Shown: positions 20,361-28,833, counted from the stretch's first letter. The stretch: 64,000 bases of DNA from Desulfobacterales bacterium (GCA_963674755.2 CAXXVS010000003.1:1792001-1856000); one strand, 5' to 3'. Program-made: numbers and translations. Notes: generated by a model not told the origin, from the sequence alone.

Positions 20361-21786
20361 AACCTTCACCCTCAAGATTTCCTGGATTCAAAATATTGTT
20401 CGGGTCCACAGTCGCTTTGAGCATGGATAAGAGGGCGTAGGCATTCTCGCCGTATTTTTCTCGCCAGGCGGATATCCTCGAAGCGGTCTGACCCACTTCA
20501 CCGCCAATGCCTTCCCATTTTACGCTAAATTCCTTTTCAAGCCGGCGGGCCTCCCTTATGGATTGAATTCGCTTTTCGGCAGGCGTGTCTTCTGAAACGG
20601 TCCATGAGACATGGGGACCGCTTGCCCCCACATGGCCGTAGAACATCACCTCGCTTTCGCTCAAGGCCGGATATCCTGGGGGGCCTGACTTTATATAAGA
20701 GAAAAATTCTGCAAGTCGTGACAGCGGAACGCCGACCTCGAATCCGCCGGCACGCAATCTTCTGGGCTTTCCCTCTTGTTTCTGTAATCGATTGGTTATA
20801 AAATCTCTCGCATCCCAAAGTGCTGATTGTTCTTCAGGCGATTCCACCACATATGCTTTGATGGCATTTTGAGCCTGAAAAACCTTTACGATTTCATTTG
20901 CCTGGCGGTTGGCTTCATCCTGCGAAAATGCAATCGTGGTAGCAATAGCCATATCGCCAGGCGGTTCGCCGAGCCCTCTTTCCATAAAGGCGGCTGCCGC
21001 GGTGTTCTTGCCCAATAATTCTCCGTACAATGGAGCAGGAAGGCGATCTTTATAGATTTTCATAAAGGCGCGTGCAATATCCTCCGGTTTTGAAAAAAAG
21101 CCGGCGACATACGCCTTTTTAGGCATGGGAACAAGGCGAATTCTCATCTTCGTAATGACACCGAAAAGACCTTCACTGCCAACAAAAAATCGCGTCAGAT
21201 CGATTCCTGCCGGTCGCCTTATGCTTTTTGTACCTGTTTCGATGATTTTACCGTTGGGCAAGACAACCTCGACGGCCATCACATAGTCGATAATTTTGCC
21301 TATGCAGGAATCCACCATGTGGCCGATGGTATTGACAGCGATCGCGCCACCGATTGTGCTGCCGTGTTTGCTGCCGACATTCATCGGTAAAAGAAAACCT
21401 CTTTTTTGCAAAAAGATTTCTAAGTCATACTGGTTTACACCGGCTCCAACTTCAAAATAAAAATCGTCTTCGTTAATTTCCAATTGTTTGTAATTGCCTG
21501 TGTCCACAACAATGCTTTGCGATCGCTTGGGACAAGCTGAACCTTTAAAAGAGGTCCCACTACCATGAACATATACAGGAATTTTGTTGTCGTTTGCATA
21601 GCAAATAATTTTGGCTAAACTCTCGCTTGAGTCCGGTTTGGCTACAGCAATGGGAATGTTCTCAACCGGAAGATCGGGAGCGATCGCATCTTGCCCATAG
21701 GCAACTCTTTCAAATAAACTTCCAGAAACATTTTTACCCCCGATTAGTTTTTTAAGATCCGAAACAACATCTAACTTTGCAGCCAT
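20350..21786 (-). CDS. FAD-linked oxidoreductase, GlcD/D-2-hydroxyacid dehydrogenase family
   Basis: GSGTS, STIGGAIAVN, EVVLPNG, FVGSEGLFGVIT, DPNNILNPG; GGAGG RBS. Confidence 0.9.
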   Translation of the reverse strand: MAAKLDVVSDLKKLIGGKNVSGSLFERVAYGQDAIAPDLPVENIPIAVAKPDSSESLAKIICYANDNKIPVYVHGSGTSFKGSACPKRSQSIVVDTGNYKQLEINEDDFYFEVGAGVNQYDLEIFLQKRGFLLPMNVGSKHGSTIGGAIAVNTIGHMVDSCIGKIIDYVMAVEVVLPNGKIIETGTKSIRRPAGIDLTRFFVGSEGLFGVITKMRIRLVPMPKKAYVAGFFSKPEDIARAFMKIYKDRLPAPLYGELLGKNTAAAAFMERGLGEPPGDMAIATTIAFSQDEANRQANEIVKVFQAQNAIKAYVVESPEEQSALWDARDFITNRLQKQEGKPRRLRAGGFEVGVPLSRLAEFFSYIKSGPPGYPALSESEVMFYGHVGASGPHVSWTVSEDTPAEKRIQSIREARRLEKEFSVKWEGIGGEVGQTASRISAWREKYGENAYALLSMLKATVDPNNILNPGNLEGEGYED

Positions 21787-21866
21787 TATTTCCTCCGAGA
21801 AATTTTAAACTTCTGCGATGCATAGTTTAAATTTATCAGATATTAAATTTATCTATGCAAAACGTG

Positions 21867-23729
21867 TTATGCATATTGGATATTTGTTTTTCCCGTTTGT
21901 TTCTTCTCAAATATTATCAGGGCAACAAACAATAAAATACCAGAAGCTATTACAACCGAATTTGGCCAAAATATAAGAATAGAAGCAGCTGCGAACAAAG
22001 ACCTTTCGAAAAATTTCAATCGGGTTAAGAAGAAGCCTTGGGCCGCTATGGCCAACGAAAAAACTCCTGCTGCTGCGATAATGATAACCATCAAAATTTC
22101 ATAAATAGTACCGTGCATGAGAAGGCTTGGTGTATAAACGAACAAATATGGAAGAGTAAAAAGAACGATACCAAAACGGACGGATTCGAACCCTGTTCTC
22201 ATTGGAGGCGCTTCTGCTATGGATGCGGCAGTAAAAGCTGTAGTGCATATAGGTGGAGTGAGAAGAGATAACGTACAGTAATAAAATATAAAAAGATGTG
22301 CTGCGATAGGTTCAATGCCCATGCTTACAAGAACAGGGGCTTCAAGCGCTGCTAAAACAATATAGGAAACAATTGGAGGTAGGCCCATTCCTAAAATTAT
22401 AGAAATAACCATGATGCAGACTAAGGTGAGAAAGAGGCTGTTCCCTGCAACGAAACTGATAATGTCGCTCAATTTCATTCCCACGCCTGTTAATGTCAAA
22501 ACACCCAGAATAATGCCGGCCGTGGCGCAGGGAATGCTGATCATTATCATTCGTTCTCCGCTTACTTTTAACGCATAAATGACTTTTTCAAATGATAGAT
22601 TTTTTGTAAAAAGACCAATTATCCAAAGTAAAAGCAAAGAGTAAGCGCAAGCATACATTGCCGTATATCTAAGTACCAAAAGAATAATTAACACAGCAAT
22701 CGGAATGATAAAAATAAAACCTTTCTTTAAAACTGGGAAAAATCTTGGGAGATTTTCACTTTTCTCTCCCTTCATACCTATCGTTCCAGCATAAAAATCA
22801 ACCATAAAATAAAGACCAAAATAATGAAAAAAAGCAGGCAAAGTCGCAGCGACACAAATGTCAAAGTAGGATACGCCAATTGCCTGAGCCATAATAAAAG
22901 CTGCAGCGCCCATGATGGGGGGGGTCTTGTAACCTCCAGATGACGCTGTAGCCTCAATGGCTCCGGCAACATAGGGAGCGACCCCAGACTTTTTCATCAT
23001 CGGAATGGTTATAGCGCCGGTGGTAGCAACATTGGCAGCTGGACTGCCAGATAACATTCCCATCAATCCGCTTGAAAAAATTGCAACCTTTGCTGCGGCT
23101 CCTCTTTTTGTTCCCATCATGGCCATGGAAAGATCGAGAAAAACATTGGAAGCTCCCGCAATATCAATAAATGAGCCGAAAAGGATAAATATGATTACAA
23201 CCGTGGCGCAAACGCCAAGCGGAATTCCGAAAATTCCTTCGGTCCCTGCGTATATATGGACAAGTATTCTTTCAATGCCGTAGCCTCGATGGGACAAGAA
23301 GCCAGATATTGAATTTCCGAAATAGGTGTACAACAAAAAAACAAAGGATATGATTACCAGGGCCAGGCCCACCGTTCGCCTTGTTATTTCAAGTAAAACC
23401 GCAATGGTGCAGATACCTATAACAATTCCCACTGATGTCATGAAAGGATTTATGTAGAGATTTTCCCAATTAAATACCATATATACATTGCCCATTACCA
23501 TCAGAATGGCGAGCATTATATTTGTCAAAAATTCTAGTAAAGGAAGCTTTTTATTCGAAATCAAAGGGTATTTAAAAAGTGCAATTACGCTAACTAGAGA
23601 TAGGTGGAGCGTCCGCTGGATCATTGTTTCAAAAGTTCCAAAAAACGCAGTATAAAGGGAAAGGACTGAGAGGCTAATGGCGCAAAGCATAATGGTATAC
23701 TTGGTTATCGTATTTATCGTCTTTAACAT
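21867..23729 (-). CDS. TRAP transporter fused permease (4TM/12TM, TAXI-type)
   Basis: EGIFGIP, AKVAI, SGSPAANV, TPPIMGAAAF, LGMGLP, LTPP. Confidence 0.93.
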   Translation of the reverse strand: MLKTINTITKYTIMLCAISLSVLSLYTAFFGTFETMIQRTLHLSLVSVIALFKYPLISNKKLPLLEFLTNIMLAILMVMGNVYMVFNWENLYINPFMTSVGIVIGICTIAVLLEITRRTVGLALVIISFVFLLYTYFGNSISGFLSHRGYGIERILVHIYAGTEGIFGIPLGVCATVVIIFILFGSFIDIAGASNVFLDLSMAMMGTKRGAAAKVAIFSSGLMGMLSGSPAANVATTGAITIPMMKKSGVAPYVAGAIEATASSGGYKTPPIMGAAAFIMAQAIGVSYFDICVAATLPAFFHYFGLYFMVDFYAGTIGMKGEKSENLPRFFPVLKKGFIFIIPIAVLIILLVLRYTAMYACAYSLLLLWIIGLFTKNLSFEKVIYALKVSGERMIMISIPCATAGIILGVLTLTGVGMKLSDIISFVAGNSLFLTLVCIMVISIILGMGLPPIVSYIVLAALEAPVLVSMGIEPIAAHLFIFYYCTLSLLTPPICTTAFTAASIAEAPPMRTGFESVRFGIVLFTLPYLFVYTPSLLMHGTIYEILMVIIIAAAGVFSLAIAAQGFFLTRLKFFERSLFAAASILIFWPNSVVIASGILLFVALIIFEKKQTGKTNIQYA

Positions 23730-23822
23730 TTCTATTTTTCCGGATTGAGGTTAAGTGAAATCATTTGATAAACGCCTGTCCTGGAAAAAATGAAGCAAAA
23801 AATTATTGATTTAAATAAATTG

Positions 23823-23886
23823 CGGAAGTGGCTTCAATATGTAAAAGTGGAAATATGTCTAACTTGAAATTATGAAACCACTCCCG
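23823..23886 (-). other. Intergenic stem-loop between the TAXI and permease genes
   Basis: cggaagtggcttca...tgaaaccactcccg; 12/14 inverted match, both differences G-U compatible on the minus strand. Confidence 0.4.
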
Positions 23887-23918
23887 GCATAGATTAATCA
23901 ACCTGATTTTCTGATAAA

Positions 23919-24917
23919 TTACTTGGTTCTATAGATACCATTTTCCTTGAAATATTTTTCCGCTCCTGGATGGACAGGAATCGTCATCCCTTTGTAGACA
24001 TTTTGTAGGCTGGTGTCTTTAAATGCTGAATTGACACTTGAAACATAATCAAGATTCTCAAATACTGCTTTTGTCGCCTTGTACATGAAATCTTCACTTA
24101 GCTTTGCAGAGCAAAACAAGGAATAGTTCATCATCACCTGCTCTACCGGCGCATTGACACCTTTATAGGTACCTTTTGGAAGATATCCGAAAAAGAACGC
24201 TGGCTCCATTTCCTGAATTTTTGCCTTAGCGCTTTCTTCAATCGGAATGAAATTAAGGTCGACAGACTCTGCCATCTGGACAAAGCCAGGAGAACCAATC
24301 CCCATATAAAAACATACCGCGTCGATATGACCGTCGATCATTTTCTGTACAGCCTCTGGAAACCTTATTTTGATGCTTTTGTAATCTTTATCAGGGAAAA
24401 GACCATGGGAGGGGAAAATGATATTGTCCGAGTCCAGTTGGTTGTTTGAACCCGGTGTGCTTACGGCAATTTTTTTGCCTTTCAAATCGGCGATCGTTTT
24501 TATGCCAGTGGCTTTGCGTGCTGCAATGGTGATAACGGCCGGATAACTTTGAAACCAACCCAATATGTCTTTTTTCTCTTTAAAAAGACCTTGGCCATTG
24601 TACGCGGCATTGATAAAATCTGGAATCGCCCACCCGAGTTCCATCTCTCCGCGATGAGTTCTCAAAATGTTTTCACGTGCGGCGCCGGGTGTGGTTACGG
24701 CTGTCACATGATAACCCGGTACATTCTCGTTGATCAATTTCGCCATGGCAACAGCGCAAGGGTACCAAATGCCGCTGGCGCTTCCAGAGCCGAATGTATA
24801 CTCCTTTGTATCTTCCGCAAATGAAAGGGTTGAAAAAAATGTAAATGCGGCCACCGAAACAACGATTGCCCAACCGACAGTGATGGATCGACGTTTTCTA
24901 AAAATGCTACGACTCAT
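23919..24917 (-). CDS. TAXI-family TRAP solute-binding protein
   Basis: Signal peptide; GSGSASGIWY, DLKGKKIA, DGHIDA, PVHPGAEKYFKE; AGGAGG RBS. Confidence 0.93.
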   Translation of the reverse strand: MSRSIFRKRRSITVGWAIVVSVAAFTFFSTLSFAEDTKEYTFGSGSASGIWYPCAVAMAKLINENVPGYHVTAVTTPGAARENILRTHRGEMELGWAIPDFINAAYNGQGLFKEKKDILGWFQSYPAVITIAARKATGIKTIADLKGKKIAVSTPGSNNQLDSDNIIFPSHGLFPDKDYKSIKIRFPEAVQKMIDGHIDAVCFYMGIGSPGFVQMAESVDLNFIPIEESAKAKIQEMEPAFFFGYLPKGTYKGVNAPVEQVMMNYSLFCSAKLSEDFMYKATKAVFENLDYVSSVNSAFKDTSLQNVYKGMTIPVHPGAEKYFKENGIYRTK

Positions 24918-24987
24918 TTTAGCCCTCCTTTTGGATTATACATTGACGTTGGCTGTCACCTCCGAAGAAACGACCAGTGTTGAGATA

Positions 24988-25731
24988 TTAGTGATGAGAC
25001 CTAAAGTTCCGGCAAAAGGGTTCTGTTGTAAATTTAATATTATCTACCTCAGTAGAGTTAGAGTAGGCACCGGTCTGTTTCAAAAAGTGCAAAAGAAACT
25101 CTTTTGCACGAGAGATATGGTTTTCCATTGCCTCGCCCGCTTCTTTGGGATTCTTGCGTCGCACCGCATCGATGATATTTTCATGATCTTCGAGATATTC
25201 CTTGTTCAAGCTGGTAAGAAGGGAACTGAAAAGATATCGAAAAATTCTCTGGCGGATTTCATTGACGATCCATGGCATTTGATGGTTGCCGCAATGCTTG
25301 CGAAAGATTTCGTGAAAAGCGGCATTTCTCACGCACCATTCTTCGAGATAGTTCTCGTCATCCGGATTGAGGCTTTGCAGAGAATCATTGAGAACGACCA
25401 GGCGATCAATTTCGCTGTTTTTTAGGCGCAAGGTCGCCCACTCGACAGCCTTTGATTCCATAATAGCCATAAGAGAATAGTAATCGCGGACATCCTGGGC
25501 CGAGAGCTTTTTGACGATAGAGCCTTTGTTTTCGGTGTGCTCAATGAAACCGTCCTTGGACAGCTGAACGAGTGCCTCTCTGACCGTCCCTCTGCTGCAA
25601 TTGAACTTAAGGGTCAATTCGGACTCGGTGATTCGCTCACCTTGCATGAGCTTTCCGAGGATGATGTCGCCGCGAAGGGATTTTTGAATTTCATCTTTTC
25701 GTTTCATTAGGATGGATTCTCCATGACCCAT
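24988..25731 (-). CDS. GntR/FadR-family regulator (FCD domain)
   Basis: HTH GERITE...SRGTVREAL; N-AFH and H-II...AM-HI in the FCD domain. Start may be 25707. Confidence 0.92.
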   Translation of the reverse strand: MGHGESILMKRKDEIQKSLRGDIILGKLMQGERITESELTLKFNCSRGTVREALVQLSKDGFIEHTENKGSIVKKLSAQDVRDYYSLMAIMESKAVEWATLRLKNSEIDRLVVLNDSLQSLNPDDENYLEEWCVRNAAFHEIFRKHCGNHQMPWIVNEIRQRIFRYLFSSLLTSLNKEYLEDHENIIDAVRRKNPKEAGEAMENHISRAKEFLLHFLKQTGAYSNSTEVDNIKFTTEPFCRNFRSHH

Positions 25732-25746
25732 TATTTGTTCGACATA

Positions 25747-25759
25747 ATTGTCCTACAAT
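25747..25759. promoter_or_regulatory. Candidate GntR/FadR autoregulatory operator
   Basis: Palindrome ATTGT-CCT-ACAAT just upstream of gntR; minus-strand TTGACA at 25780-25785. Confidence 0.55.
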
Positions 25760-26102
25760 AAAGACCTACAAAAAATATATGTCAAGATATTCTTTACAGT
25801 TTTTTAATTTTACCTGCGGATATTCGCATTATCATGTGTCAGCCTATTTCGTCCGCTATTTACAACTATCTAATTTAGTTCATTAAACCTGTTTATTGAA
25901 ACGCCCAGGTTTGACGAAGATCCCATAATTTGAGTGCCTTCCGGGGACGCCCATGATTTCATGCGCTGCCATCTATCGATTGTTGCCCCTCCTCAGCAAT
26001 TTTCCCCCTCCCGAAATGACTGTGCTCGCCGCCGATTGGGACAGAGGCTAGCCGGCTTCCAGCCGCTGTCGCGCTAAACCTCAATTCCTGGGGAACCTTA
26101 GA

Positions 26103-26179
26103 GGGGTTAGATCTCAACAGTTAACAGCCTGAATTCTTCTAAACGCGAGGAATTCTGTCAAAGGTTGAGACCTGGCCCC
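26103..26179. repeat. REP/REPIN-like inverted-repeat element
   Basis: ggggttagatctcaac...gttgagacctggcccc (13/16) with an inner gaattc...gaattc pair; resembles GGGGTCAGGTCT-type REP ends associated with RAYT transposases. Confidence 0.6.
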
Positions 26180-26190
26180 ATTAAGTTCCA

Positions 26191-26372
26191 CGGATTAACG
26201 AACTCTTCGACCAACCGCTTTTCATAGTATATCGCCCTCTACCGGGCGTTCTCATTCGTTTCAACATCCGTCGATAGGGATTGTTGGTGGTGTCGTAACA
26301 CCACTTCGAGCGTCTCCAAAATTCTTTGCCGGGCAAGTTTGTGCAGCTTGTCAACAACGTCCCCGCTAACCC
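26191..26372 (+). repeat. 182-bp direct repeat, copy 2 (degenerate duplicate of the OM gene 3' end)
   Basis: Matches 15037-15218; has a TAT->TAG change and the native TGA is altered to TCA. Confidence 0.95.
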
Positions 26373-26425
26373 CCCGGCTGGGGCGCTCCGTCGGTCAGAT
26401 CGCCATCCTGGTTGATGGTTTCCTT

Positions 26426-26780
26426 TTACCGTTCTTGGCTTCGCCAGCGCTTTACAATTGCATCTACATCCAAGTCACTCGGGCCGTCTTTCCATTTTCC
26501 GTAGAAGTCAATGTCATCACTGTTTGGGGGCGGGTTTGGTTTGTCAAATTGGAGCCGGGTTGGAAGGGGAACCGCCTCTCCAAGAACAAGTGCCTCGCCA
26601 CGACCTAAGCCAGCCAAAACGTTAACCAAGTCCCCCTCGCTTTCGGGAACAAGATTACGAACGTAATTTTGGTCATTCGGGTTGGTGATTCGTAAACAGA
26701 TAAAAGTTCCACACTGTGCTAACACAGTCTCGGAAACTTCATGTGGTCGTTGACTTACCACAGCCAGTCCGACACCGTAC
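26426..26780 (-). pseudogene. C-terminal fragment of a HerA/FtsK-superfamily ATPase
   Basis: YGVGLAVVSQRP-EVSETVLAQC-T...RITNPNDQ...LGRGEALVLG; Walker A/B region missing. Confidence 0.85.
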
Positions 26781-26984
26781 GATGACAAATTCGAATTGGT
26801 TTATGATGGTTTGGTAAAATTCAGAAACACAGAGGGACCCATTGACTTAGAATTAATATGGAATGAGGTTTGCCAGCGAATGAGTATCCGAGAATTTTTT
26901 CAAATAATTGAGGACCCGATTTTCCGGATGCGATTTTCCGATGAATTTTGGGAGCGGGTTGTGGGGCAGGACGCGCTGCGGTGA
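26778..26984 (+). pseudogene. 3' fragment of an unknown gene
   Basis: Open frame YDDKFELVYDG...SDEFWERVVGQDALR* begins at the HerA breakpoint with no RBS. Confidence 0.45.
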
Positions 26985-27024
26985 AAATACAGGGATTGGC
27001 GGGGGGCAGATTTTTGGTAATGCT

Positions 27025-27822
27025 TTAAGACGGTGTGTTGTGGTTGAGTACCTTGAACCCAAATTTAATGTATCCGCCATCATATCGATTCCTACTCCGA
27101 AATTCTAAAGAGCTAATTGTAGGCCAGTGCTGGGTCATGTGTTCATATGAAACTGCACCTTCAATGTCTTTACAGTGGTGGTGGTAGTGATTGGTGAAAA
27201 TCATTGAACTAAGATTATCCGCAATTTGAAGACCTACGGTAAGTTTGGAATCAGCAAATAGGGGCGCTTCGTAAATGCATGTCAATTGTCTACCTGTTTC
27301 ATGCCCAAAAATGAAAGACATGTGGGATTTAGCAACTCTTTGATCGAATCTTAATGTAGAGTCAGCAATAATAATACCCTTGTCAAAATATTTATGTTCC
27401 GCAACAAAGCAATTATATCGTTCAACCATTATCTGGAGGGAGTGGGTATATATGGTTGTGGGCGGTGTTGGGGTTACTGGATTTTTAATCATTGAAACGC
27501 AGAAGAGCTTGCCGCCATATCTATTTACCATGTCGCACAATTCTTTTAGGAACTGGTGCCTCCTATCGCTTCTCTTATTTCGCGGGGAAGTAAGGCTATT
27601 CCCCTTTACTTCAAATTGTTCCGGTCGTTTTGTAGAGCGATCAAGTTCTGGTTTAAAAAAATTTCTCTTTAAACCCAAGTACTCGCGATCAAGATTGCGC
27701 CATTCTTCGAGAGGAAGTGCAACACCTGTTAAGGTAAATATCGGTGTTTTCCCATTTGTAATGGGAACGCTGTGAGAATTAATATCACCACTCTCATCGA
27801 CATACAGGACGCAAGTTGACAC
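27025..27822 (-). CDS. DUF3800-domain protein (predicted RNase H-like fold)
   Basis: LYVDESG, FTLTGV, EVKG, IIADS, ADSK...GLQIAD; GTG start after AGGGGG RBS. Confidence 0.88.
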   Translation of the reverse strand: MSTCVLYVDESGDINSHSVPITNGKTPIFTLTGVALPLEEWRNLDREYLGLKRNFFKPELDRSTKRPEQFEVKGNSLTSPRNKRSDRRHQFLKELCDMVNRYGGKLFCVSMIKNPVTPTPPTTIYTHSLQIMVERYNCFVAEHKYFDKGIIIADSTLRFDQRVAKSHMSFIFGHETGRQLTCIYEAPLFADSKLTVGLQIADNLSSMIFTNHYHHHCKDIEGAVSYEHMTQHWPTISSLEFRSRNRYDGGYIKFGFKVLNHNTPS

Positions 27823-27835
27823 TTTCCCCCCCTAT

Positions 27836-27866
27836 AGAAATAGAACAGCCCGCACAAGGCGGGCTG
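27836..27866 (-). terminator. Intrinsic terminator immediately upstream of the DUF3800 gene
   Basis: CAGCCCGC-CTTGT-GCGGGCTG followed by TTCTATTTCT on the minus strand. Confidence 0.7.
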
Positions 27867-27945
27867 CCGGTCTTGCACAGGCACTCAAGAGTGCGTGAAT
27901 GCGAATCGCATTCCGCTGCGCAAAAATTTAATTCCTCTTTATGGC
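27836..27945 (-). ncRNA. Candidate DUF3800-associated structured RNA (three-way junction plus terminator)
   Basis: P1 UUGCGCAG/CUGUGCAA (one G-U) encloses P2 GAAUGCG-AUU-CGCAUUC and P3 GCACU-CUUG-AGUGC; upstream TTGACA at 27972-27977. The 5' end is estimated. Confidence 0.65.
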
Positions 27946-28099
27946 TAAAGCCTTATACACTTTCCTATAAGTGTCAAGGAAATTTTTTCACGTTATTGGC
28001 CGTTGATGATATTTTCTTGAGGGGTAAAACTGACCAACATCTGGCCAACAATATTGGATGTCAAAAATTTCATAACAAATTGTATTTATTGAGAAAAAA

Positions 28100-28126
28100 T
28101 GGTGGAGGCGGCGGGAGTCGAACCCC
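28100..28126 (-). mobile_element. att site: duplicated 3' end of tmRNA (ssrA)
   Basis: GGGGTTCGACTCCCGCCGCCTCCACCA (T-arm, acceptor strand and CCA) with no 5' half nearby; flanked by arm-like repeats and IHF-like sites. Confidence 0.8.
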
Positions 28127-28530
28127 ATAAGTTACTTTTCAAAGAACGAGCGACAGGCCTGCAACATACTGGTATCAATATATAAAAACCAAAATTCAAT
28201 AGATTCAAAATTTATCGATTCTTTCGATACGTTCAGCCAATCTACCCCATTTTTAGGCCTATTTCGTATATTGACTATAGGCGATGAGCCCCACTCTATC
28301 TACCTATAGTCTATCCTCAACTACTTGTATTTGTACTGAATAGTCGCACTCAGCCAGCTGTTTTTACTGTTATACATATTAGGTCAAAGTTGTGTTCATG
28401 AAAACACCTCAATTCCTATTTTTGGAATAACCATACAACATATTTAAATTATTGACAAATTAATAGATATCTGGATAGAAGGGCATATGCCTTTGAAGAA
28501 ATGCCTTTCAGTTGCCGTGGAGCCAAGGCG

Positions 28531-28833
28531 ATGTCCTTCACCAAAGCCGATATTATCCGGAGTGTTGCCCGAAACACCGACCTGCCTAAACACAAATCCT
28601 CCCAAGCCGTCGAGCATCTCATCGAGATCATGAAGGGTACACTGGCCTCCGGCGAGGATGTGCTGATCAGCGGCTTCGGAAAGTTCTGCGTCAATGAAAA
28701 GTCGGAACGCCGCGGCCGCAACCCTGCCACCGGGGACGCAATGATGCTCCCGGCACGGCGTGTGGTGACCTTCAAGTGCTCGGGCAAGCTTCGGAGTCGG
28801 TGCAATGGGATAGGGTGCAAGGCTGGTGATTAG
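28531..28833 (+). CDS. ihfA: Integration host factor alpha-like subunit
   Basis: TKADI, GEDVLISGFGKF, RRGRNPATG, RRVVTFK. Confidence 0.9.
   Translation: MSFTKADIIRSVARNTDLPKHKSSQAVEHLIEIMKGTLASGEDVLISGFGKFCVNEKSERRGRNPATGDAMMLPARRVVTFKCSGKLRSRCNGIGCKAGD

Larger units (their letters stand above)
15219..26190. mobile_element. AT-richer genomic island carrying an organic-acid catabolic cluster
   Basis: Abrupt composition shift; flanking 182-bp direct repeats; transposase remnant and REP-like element inside; no integrase seen. Confidence 0.75.

Noticed and set aside
28050..28200. Complete tRNA or tmRNA gene
   Set aside because: Only the last 27 nt are present; no matching 5' acceptor strand, D-arm or anticodon arm.
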